Shown: positions 26,215-32,335, counted from the stretch's first letter. The stretch: DNA of 32,789 nt from Acutalibacteraceae bacterium (GCA_045591155.1 JAZNSJ010000096.1:1-32789); one strand, 5' to 3'. The notes: generated from the letters alone by a model not told the origin. Made by a program: numbers and translations.

Positions 26215-28290
26215 ATGAGTGAAAAAGGTACAAATCGCGCAAAATTTTATCAATTAGCGCTGTTTCCTATGAACAACGGCGCTACAAATGTTTATTTTGT
26301 GCTTATTTTAAGTTATATTGCAACCTTTGGCAACAAGGTGTTAGGTCTTGCAATGGTGTTTGCGTCATTTATGGTTACGGGTATGCGAGTGTTCGACGCG
26401 ATAACCGACCCTATAATCGGCGCGCTTATGGACAAAACCAACGGAAAATTCGGTAAATTCAGACCGTTTATGGTTTTGGGTAACATTGTTATGGCGGTAT
26501 CGGTAATACTGCTTTATATGGTCACACCCATAATTCCAAAAGATGCAATGTGGCTTCGCTATACCGCGTTTGTTGCTCTTTATGCTGTTTGGGTTTTGGG
26601 ATATACCTTCCAGACCTCAGTTACTCGTTCGGCGCAACCCGTACTTACTAACGACCCAAAACAAAGACCGCTGTTTACCATTTTTAACACAATAGGTTCA
26701 CTTGTCGGTATGGGTGTTATGCAGTTTGTAGGACCTATTCTTGCGGGCGACGGCTTTGCGGGTGACTATAATGCAAGCTGGTTCCGCATAATGACACCTA
26801 TTGGTGTTGTAGTTTCTATTATCTTAACTATTCTTGCAATAGTCGGCATATGGGAAAAGGACTGTGATAAATATTTTGGTATTGGCGGCAAGCAGGAAAA
26901 GGTTAAGGTTTCGGAATATATTTCGATTATCAAGGCAAACAAACCACTTCAGCGACTTATGGTAGCAGGCGGCGGCTGTAAATTAGCGCTCGCAATCGCG
27001 ACAAACGTTACTGTGCTTTGTATGATTTACGGTTGTATGACACAGTTTGGATTAGGTGTAAGCTCGGGATTTTATGATAAAATCGCGATAAACAACAACA
27101 CAAAAGAGATAGTTGATTTAAAGATTGAAGAGGACACTCAGGTTTTAGGTTTGACCTTTGATTCATCCGCGATTGAACATGTGAAAAAGGGCGAAAAAAG
27201 CAAATATGAAATTGGCAAAAACGCGAGCATTACAAATATTGAAGTAACAACTGCGGGCGAATTGTTCGGTACTGAACCGACAACATCTTCTACCATAAAA
27301 GTAGTAAAGCCTGTTCAGGCGGTTGTTTTATGCTTTGACAAAGAGGGTAATGTCCAAAAAATTGAGCTTGATAACGACGGCAAACCGGTAGGATTGCAAT
27401 ACGATGCTTATGGTAAAATAGCGGGTCTTAGCGTACCTGAGTCCGATACTATGATAGGCCTTCTTGTAAATGATGACGGATTACTTATAAACGTAGAAAA
27501 CGAAGTAATTCCGCTCAGCATTACCAACGAGGGCATAGTAGGCGGTATCAATTCGGAAGATACTATTAAGCTTTCGGGTCGCAACAAGTATGACAGTCTT
27601 TATCTTATTATGATGGTTTTAGGTTATGTTTTTTCGGCGCCGTTCTTCCTGCTTACCGTTCGCACTTCGCAAAAACACGGTCAAAAGAAATCTCTTATGA
27701 CCTATGTCGCAGTAGCCCTTGCTTGTTATATAGGTGTGCTTGCTCTCCTGCTTTTGTGGAAACAGGGAAATCCCGCATTTAATTTTACATTGTTTGATAA
27801 CGGACGTTTAGCGCCAAATCTTTATACTATTTTATTTATACTTTTCTTTGGTGTGGGTTATGGTGCGTATTATTCAACCGCCGATATGCCAATACCTATG
27901 GTTGCTGACTGCGCCGATTACGAAACCTATCGTTCGGGTAAGTTTATACCGGGTATTATGGGTACGCTTTTCAGCCTTGTTGACAAGCTTGTGTCATCAC
28001 TCTCGGCAACCGTTGTAAGTATTGCGCTGTTATTTATAGGCGTTCCAAATTTAGCAACAAAAACCACTCCATACGTTGACGGTATGAACTGGGTGGTAAT
28101 AGCTTTGTTCTGCATAGTGCCTATGGTAGCGTGGGTGCTGACACTTCTCGCTATGAAAGGCTATGAGCTTGACGGTAAGCGCATTAAAACCATTCAGGCG
28201 GTAAACTCTGCAAGAAAACAAGCAATATCGGGCGGTATGACATTACAAGAGGCAATGCGCACCATAAATGATGATACAGTAAATAATTAA
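26215..28290 (+). CDS. GPH-family (glycoside-pentoside-hexuronide) cation symporter, MFS fold, with a ~185-aa hydrophilic insertion between TM7 and TM8
   Basis: It has the GPH loop-2/3 signature DAITDPIIGALMDKTNGKFGKFRPF and 12 predicted TM segments. At 691 aa it is longer than the usual ~450-500. The insert FGLGVSSGFYDK...KLSGRNKYDS is encoded at ~27045-27600. Confidence 0.85.
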   Translation: MSEKGTNRAKFYQLALFPMNNGATNVYFVLILSYIATFGNKVLGLAMVFASFMVTGMRVFDAITDPIIGALMDKTNGKFGKFRPFMVLGNIVMAVSVILLYMVTPIIPKDAMWLRYTAFVALYAVWVLGYTFQTSVTRSAQPVLTNDPKQRPLFTIFNTIGSLVGMGVMQFVGPILAGDGFAGDYNASWFRIMTPIGVVVSIILTILAIVGIWEKDCDKYFGIGGKQEKVKVSEYISIIKANKPLQRLMVAGGGCKLALAIATNVTVLCMIYGCMTQFGLGVSSGFYDKIAINNNTKEIVDLKIEEDTQVLGLTFDSSAIEHVKKGEKSKYEIGKNASITNIEVTTAGELFGTEPTTSSTIKVVKPVQAVVLCFDKEGNVQKIELDNDGKPVGLQYDAYGKIAGLSVPESDTMIGLLVNDDGLLINVENEVIPLSITNEGIVGGINSEDTIKLSGRNKYDSLYLIMMVLGYVFSAPFFLLTVRTSQKHGQKKSLMTYVAVALACYIGVLALLLLWKQGNPAFNFTLFDNGRLAPNLYTILFILFFGVGYGAYYSTADMPIPMVADCADYETYRSGKFIPGIMGTLFSLVDKLVSSLSATVVSIALLFIGVPNLATKTTPYVDGMNWVVIALFCIVPMVAWVLTLLAMKGYELDGKRIKTIQAVNSARKQAISGGMTLQEAMRTINDDTVNN

Positions 28291-28293
28291 ATT

Positions 28294-28340
28294 AAGAAGT
28301 CGGAGTTTGATAAAAACTGCGACTTCTTGTAATGTTTTAA
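28294..28340 (+). terminator. probable (weak) terminator after the symporter gene
   Basis: AAGAAGTCG (28294-28302) pairs with CGACTTCTT (28320-28328), with an inner AGTTT/AAACT extension. The T-tract is interrupted (GTAATGTTTT). Confidence 0.45.
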
Positions 28341-28358
28341 CAAGTTTTGTCGAAGGTC

Positions 28359-28387
28359 TTGACGGTAAAATTTATTTATGTTATCAT
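28359..28387 (+). promoter_or_regulatory. sigma-A promoter (extended -10) driving the structured leader and micro-ORF
   Basis: TTGACG (28359-28364), 17-nt spacer ending in TGT, TATCAT (28382-28387). Confidence 0.65.
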
Positions 28388-28392
28388 AATCT

Positions 28393-28556
28393 TGCGACAC
28401 GAATTTCATATTGCAATTCATAGGAGAGAAGTTTTTACTTCGGTAAAAACACATTCTCTTAATTTGACTATCTCTTGTGGATTGCAAATTCGTGTCGCAG
28501 CGGTTGAGCTATGTGTTTTTCAGTGCGTAGCTTCGGCTGCGCACTTTTTTATTTTT
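28393..28556 (+). ncRNA. structured ~165-nt leader/sRNA of unknown class ending in an intrinsic terminator (candidate riboswitch or attenuator)
   Basis: A 14-bp closing helix forms between TGCGACACGAATTT (28393-28406) and AAATTCGTGTCGCA (28486-28499), extended by GCAAT/ATTGC. There is an internal 8-bp UUCG hairpin, GTTTTTAC-TTCG-GTAAAAAC (28431-28450). AGGAGAGAA can pair with either TTCTCTT (28454-28460) or TCTCTT (28471-28476). The terminator is listed separately. Confidence 0.6.
28522..28556 (+). terminator. intrinsic terminator of the leader RNA
   Basis: GTGCGTAGC-TTCG-GCTGCGCAC (9 bp including one G-U, UUCG loop) followed by TTTTTTATTTTTT. It lies ~55 nt upstream of the micro-ORF RBS. 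Confidence 0.85.
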
Positions 28557-28623
28557 TACAATGGCCGTTGTAACAAATATTGTCGAACCAGACAAATTAT
28601 ATTGTTATAAAGGAGGACTAGTT

Positions 28624-28752
28624 ATGCCTGATTACAAGCAGCTTTATTTAACATTGCTTGACGGTGTCGAAAAAGCAATAAATTTGTTGATAGATACACA
28701 AAGAGCGTGTGAAGATATTTATATTGATACCGACGAAATAAAAGAAGATTAG
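28624..28752 (+). CDS. 42-aa acidic micro-protein (hypothetical)
   Basis: A strong RBS (AGGAGG at 28611-28616) lies 7 nt before ATG 28624. The product is MPDYKQLYLTLLDGVEKAINLLIDTQRACEDIYIDTDEIKED, which looks helical. It lies downstream of the structured leader and terminator. The track ORF from 28561 would start inside the terminator tail and has no RBS. Confidence 0.55.
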   Translation: MPDYKQLYLTLLDGVEKAINLLIDTQRACEDIYIDTDEIKED

Positions 28753-29163
28753 TATTTACAAAACCATCGCAAATTAGCGTGTTATCCTTAACGGAGAATT
28801 TAAAATTGTTTAGATTTTTGTTAAGAACCAGCATCGCATTTGTAAGTACAAATGCAGTTGGGCAGTAGCCCAAAACCCACTAACAATAGAAAAGAGAAGA
28901 TTCGTTTTTTTGCATCGAGTCTTCTCTTTCTTTTTGTCTGTTAAGTGATATGCTGACTACCGTCAGCGTGATATTTTCGCTTTGCGAAAGTGATATTAAA
29001 CCCGATGGGTTTAGTGATATTCTATTTGCTCCTAAACTTGCGAAGTAAATATCACTCGGCTGAAAGCCGAATATTACTGCGTAGCAATATAACTCGCCGC
29101 AAGGCGAATAGAGTTGGCGCAATATCCGTTAAGGATGTCAAGCCATTCAGTCGGGTGCTTTTT
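28750..29163 (+). ncRNA. large hairpin-rich structured element, copy L (candidate novel ncRNA; sense inferred as +)
   Basis: It is homologous in order to the reverse complement of 30436-30800. A 12-bp closing helix forms between ATCCTTAACGGA (28784-28795) and TCCGTTAAGGAT (29125-29136). Hairpins: GCATTTG-N6-CAAATGC (28836-28855), GGGC-AGTA-GCCC (28860-28871), and a 14-bp stem 28891-28904/28916-28929 with one U-G pair. Four GTGATAT 7-mers, each followed by a small hairpin, sit at 28945, 28968, 28990 and 29014. They are followed by ATATCAC (29049), ATATTAC (29071) and ATATAAC (29087). A GCAA tetraloop hairpin lies at 29094-29107. The 3' tail is GTCGGGTGCTTTTT (29150-29163). Confidence 0.6.
28773..28795 (+). 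repeat. 23-bp perfect direct repeat, copy 1 (ATTAGCGTGTTATCCTTAACGGA)
   Basis: Identical to 30452-30474. It forms the outer terminus of element L. Confidence 0.9.
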
Positions 29164-29170
29164 GTTTGCC

Positions 29171-29199
29171 TTGACACGCGTTTGCATTGTGAGTATAAT
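29171..29199 (+). promoter_or_regulatory. consensus sigma-A promoter of the orphan membrane-protein gene
   Basis: TTGACA (29171-29176), 17-nt spacer, TATAAT (29194-29199). It starts 8 nt after the conserved 3' tail of element L. Confidence 0.75.
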
Positions 29200-29231
29200 G
29201 AAATATGTAAATAGTCGCAAGGAGGGGTTTT

Positions 29232-30410
29232 ATGTCTTTAAAGGAGTTACAGGAAAAAGTATACGGCTTTGAATCCGCAAAACGATTGCACAAAGCGACC
29301 GAAGGGTTTGCGCGCTTTTTTGCGTCACTTTTTGTATTGGTAGGCACGTTATTGGCGGCTTACGGTGTGATTGTCACGCAGGTGTATGAGCCTAAACAAG
29401 CGGCACAGGTGGATGTGTGGGTGTTGTCGGATGCGTGGGAAAAGATTTTCTCGCATTTTGAAACTTCTGAGATGCCTATTTGGGCAGTAGTGCTCATTAT
29501 CGGCTTTGGCTCGGCTTTTGTAGCGGCACTTGTCACCCTTTTGTTTTTCTTTATCGCAAAAGCGTTGTGCGGTAAAAAGAAACTGAAAGAAACGGAAGAA
29601 ACGGTCGAAAATGCCCGTCTTTTGCAAGAACGGATGGGTGGGGACACGTACGACTGGCAAGAGCAACAAGAAAAAATCGGCAAACAATTAAAGAGGTTTG
29701 TTGTCTTTTTCATTATATTCTTTTCGATCTTTACAATGATGCAAACACAAGTGGTGATACCGGACAAAGTCTATTTGACCGGCTTTTTATATGCAGTGTT
29801 GTCCTTAATAGCTTTTTACATTTTCAGAGCCGCCTTTATTTTATCTGTCAAGGTTTGTTGGAAGAAAAACGTCAAGTTAGAAAACGAACTTAAACAGCAA
29901 CTGGAAACCACTATAAAATATTTAGAGAGAAAAGGGAAAGAAGAGGCAGAAAAACAAAAAGCGGAACAATTAGAGAAAGAAAAGAAAGAAAATCTGGCAC
30001 GCGCAAACGCTATGTACGAGGCGTTTGAGCAAGAACAGTCCAAAGATATGCATCAGTTGTTTCAAATTGCTAAATTGGGTCATCACGATGCGACTTTGTC
30101 GTACATTGAATGGTGTCTGCCCAAAACGGTGTCCCCTGAGTTAACAAGAGATGAACAAAAGAGATTTCTCAAAAGGATGTATGATGCGCTCGTTATGGTG
30201 GGGAAATATGACCAACATAGCAACATTACCAAGTTTTTCTATTACTCCACCTTGATGGGACTTGGTAAGATCAACAATAAGAAGATCGCACAAGAGGCAT
30301 TGGATGAATTGCGGTTTATTAAGCGATGCGGCGACTTGTCCGAAGAACATACCGAGGTTTGCACAGATTTGATCGAAGCATTGGTAAGTTTTATTAACAA
30401 GTTAAGTTAA
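29232..30410 (+). CDS. hypothetical membrane protein: 4 TM segments, Lys/Glu-rich coiled coil, C-terminal helical (possibly Sel1/TPR-like) domain
   Basis: A consensus promoter lies 33 nt upstream and the RBS AAGGAGGGG is at 29219-29227; 392 aa. The TM segments are FFASLFVLVGTLLAAYGVIV, IWAVVLIIGFGSAFVAALVTLLFFFI, FVVFFIIFFSIFTMM and FLYAVLSLIAFYIFRAAFIL. The coiled coil is KGKEEAEKQKAEQLEKEKKENLARANAMYEAFEQEQ. I recognise no family. Confidence 0.75.
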   Translation: MSLKELQEKVYGFESAKRLHKATEGFARFFASLFVLVGTLLAAYGVIVTQVYEPKQAAQVDVWVLSDAWEKIFSHFETSEMPIWAVVLIIGFGSAFVAALVTLLFFFIAKALCGKKKLKETEETVENARLLQERMGGDTYDWQEQQEKIGKQLKRFVVFFIIFFSIFTMMQTQVVIPDKVYLTGFLYAVLSLIAFYIFRAAFILSVKVCWKKNVKLENELKQQLETTIKYLERKGKEEAEKQKAEQLEKEKKENLARANAMYEAFEQEQSKDMHQLFQIAKLGHHDATLSYIEWCLPKTVSPELTRDEQKRFLKRMYDALVMVGKYDQHSNITKFFYYSTLMGLGKINNKKIAQEALDELRFIKRCGDLSEEHTEVCTDLIEALVSFINKLS

Positions 30411-30435
30411 ACGGCAATTTTCAATACAACAACAT

Positions 30436-30800
30436 AAAAATCACCCGACACATTAGCGTGTTATCCTTAACGGATAACACGCAACGATATAAATCCCTTG
30501 CGGGATTTGCGATATGCCCTCTTGGGCGTGAAGGGATTTATATCATATCGCATTGGCGTAAAGCGACAATATATCGCACGAGCAAAGCAAGTATATCGCG
30601 TTTGCTTACAAACATATCGCCTAACAAAAAAGAGAGAACATTTCGGCTATAAACCGATTTGTTCTCTCTTTCTGTTTGTAAATATGGGCTTGGGCTTAGC
30701 CCGTTCTGCGTTTGGACATACAAACGCGATGCCGGTTCTTAACAATTCAAATTCTCCGCTAAGGACATCACACATTTGCGATGGTTTTTGTTTTATACTA
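30436..30800 (-). ncRNA. large hairpin-rich structured element, copy R (inverted, diverged homolog of copy L; sense inferred as -)
   Basis: Read on the minus strand it has the same order as L. It starts with a TAGTAT box (30800-30795) and AAAACCATCGCAAAT (rc of 30774-30788). The closing helix is GTCCTTAGCGGA (rc of 30755-30766) with rc of 30463-30474, giving 10 Watson-Crick and 2 G-U pairs. Hairpins: GCGTTTG-N6-CAAACGC, GGGC-TAA-GCCC, and the AAAGAGAGAACA...TGTTCTCTCTTT stem. Four GCGATAT 7-mers with hairpins are the rc of ATATCGC at 30614, 30593, 30571 and 30545. They are followed by ATATCGC and ATATCGT (rc of 30509 and 30484), a GCAA tetraloop hairpin (rc of 30491-30508), and the tail GTCGGGTGATTTTT (rc of 30436-30449). 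Confidence 0.6.
30452..30474 (+). repeat. 23-bp perfect direct repeat, copy 2 (ATTAGCGTGTTATCCTTAACGGA)
   Basis: Identical to 28773-28795. Here it is part of an 11-bp perfect local hairpin, GCGTGTTATCC-TTAAC-GGATAACACGC (30456-30482). Confidence 0.9.
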
Positions 30801-30858
30801 TTGAAATATTGTTTTAATATGGTAAAATAAACTTAAATTGTGAACTAATGAAATAGAG

Positions 30859-32241
30859 ATGAAATATAAAGTGCAATCAAAGTCAATTACAAAAAACTTT
30901 ACAAGCGGACCTATAATGCGGCAGATGTTCTTTTTTATGCTGCCGTTTATGCTATCTAACGCAATGCAGGTGCTTTACAGTACGGTAGATATGGTAATTG
31001 TAGGGCATTATGTGGGCACGGCGGGTATTTCTGCCGTGGGGCAGAGTAGCCAAATTGTAAACTTTGCCACAATGGTGTGTCTTGGCTTTTCTAATGCAGG
31101 GCAGGTGCTTTTGGCACAGGCGTTGGGTGCTGGCAAAAAACGCGAAATGAATAGTATTATGGGTACGCTTTTTAGCTTGATACTCGCTTTAGCCATAGCC
31201 CTGTCGGTTGTGATACTTTTATTTAAAAATATTATTCTTAACATAATGAACATACCAGCCGAGTCGTACGATATGGCTATGCAGTATATGGTAATTTGCG
31301 CGGCAGGGCTTATATTTACCGCTGGGTACAATATGGTATCTGCCGTTCTTCGAGGTATGGGTGATTCAAAAAGACCGTTTTTGTTTATTGCAATAGCATC
31401 GGTTATAAATCTTGTACTTGATTTGTTGTTTACAGGTGTACTTAATTGGGGTGTGGCAGGCGCTGCCTATGCTACGATTATAGGACAAGCAGTATCGTTT
31501 GTGTTTTCAATTTATTATCTTACCAAGCACAAGGCAGAATTTGGCTTTGATTTTAAAAAGAGTAGCTTTAAAATAAAATCGCAGTATGCCAAAATGATTG
31601 CCTCAATAGGCACGCCAATGGCAATACAGTCGGGCTGTATAAATATATCTATGCTGTTTGTAAACTCTATGATAAACGGTGTTGGCGTTGTGGCATCGGC
31701 TACATTTAGCGCAGGTGTTAAGATTGACGATATTATAAATAAAATATCACAGGGCATTCATCACGCGGCAATGCCTATGATAAGCCAGAATATAGGCGCC
31801 GATAAACCAGACCGTGCTAAAAGAATTGTATACTGTGCGTGGGGCTTTTCGGCCGTGTGGACTGTTGTGTTTATGGCACTTTACATATTTTTTGGTAAGC
31901 AGATGTTTATGCTGTTTTCTTCCGACCCCGCTGTCCACGAAATGTCGGCAACATTTATAAAGGCTATTTTGTGGATGTTCCCAGCCCTTGCTATGATGCG
32001 CGGTACGGGTGCTTTAATACAAGGTATAGGCAACTCAAAACTCAGTATGGTGTTGGCGCTTTTAGATGGTGTTATACTGCGCATAGGCCTTAGTTGGTTG
32101 TTTGGTGTGTTTTTAGACTGGGGATTTTATGGCTTTGTATTGGGTTATGGTTTAGCGCCATATGGCTTTGCCGTGCCTGGTGTGATATACTTTTTGTCAG
32201 GAATGTGGCGGCGACACAAGGTGCTTGCAAAGGATATATAG
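30859..32241 (+). CDS. MATE-family efflux transporter
   Basis: 460 aa with 12 hydrophobic segments. The N-terminus FMLPFMLSNAMQVLYSTVDMVIVGHYVG and the second-half repeat IGTPMAIQ... are typical of MATE/NorM-like proteins. The weak RBS leaves the exact start uncertain. Confidence 0.88.
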   Translation: MKYKVQSKSITKNFTSGPIMRQMFFFMLPFMLSNAMQVLYSTVDMVIVGHYVGTAGISAVGQSSQIVNFATMVCLGFSNAGQVLLAQALGAGKKREMNSIMGTLFSLILALAIALSVVILLFKNIILNIMNIPAESYDMAMQYMVICAAGLIFTAGYNMVSAVLRGMGDSKRPFLFIAIASVINLVLDLLFTGVLNWGVAGAAYATIIGQAVSFVFSIYYLTKHKAEFGFDFKKSSFKIKSQYAKMIASIGTPMAIQSGCINISMLFVNSMINGVGVVASATFSAGVKIDDIINKISQGIHHAAMPMISQNIGADKPDRAKRIVYCAWGFSAVWTVVFMALYIFFGKQMFMLFSSDPAVHEMSATFIKAILWMFPALAMMRGTGALIQGIGNSKLSMVLALLDGVILRIGLSWLFGVFLDWGFYGFVLGYGLAPYGFAVPGVIYFLSGMWRRHKVLAKDI

Positions 32242-32335
32242 TTTTTATTTGCAAACAATTATTTCGCATTTGCAATTTAAAAATTTATTTAATTAGATAT
32301 GATGAAATAAAAAGACTGCAAAAAGGAGAATATTT

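Noticed and set aside
28393-28556. Assignment of the leader to a known riboswitch class
   Set aside because: I could not find the conserved cores of the TPP, SAM, FMN, purine, glycine, lysine, c-di-GMP, preQ1, ZTP, guanidine, fluoride or Mn classes. The leader is reported only as an unclassified structured RNA.
28945-29093. CRISPR-like array (regularly spaced short repeats with variable intervening sequence)
   Set aside because: The repeats are only 7 nt. The 'spacers' are 14-19 nt and are themselves perfect palindromes. The repeat switches to its reverse complement halfway through. No cas genes are present.
28784-29136. Integron attC site or gene cassette (termini CCTTAAC...GTTAAGG resemble R''/R' cores RYYYAAC/GTTRRRY)
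   Set aside because: The cores miss the consensus at the R/Y position. The element (~350 nt) is far longer than attC sites. There is no intI or attI nearby. The enclosed ORF has its own consensus promoter, unlike typical cassettes. This remains a minor alternative.
28880-29214. Track ORFs inside element L (28880-29122 minus, 80 aa; 28990-29214 plus, 74 aa)
   Set aside because: They run through the 7-mer/hairpin array. Their recurring 'IS' dipeptides simply translate the ATATCAC repeats. They have no RBS. Unit lengths differ between the L and R copies by non-multiples of 3, so no reading frame is conserved.
30458-30830. Track ORFs inside element R (30458-30652 +, 30498-30830 +, 30538-30723 -)
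   Set aside because: The reasoning is the same as for element L. The region is explained by the hairpin-rich non-coding element, there is no RBS, and no frame is conserved with the L copy.
28291-30858. Insertion sequence, transposon or MITE
   Set aside because: No transposase or recombinase ORF occurs in any frame, and I saw no target-site duplication at the island borders. The two elements are too diverged for recent transposition, yet they conserve hairpin potential. A non-autonomous origin cannot be excluded without a genome-wide copy search.
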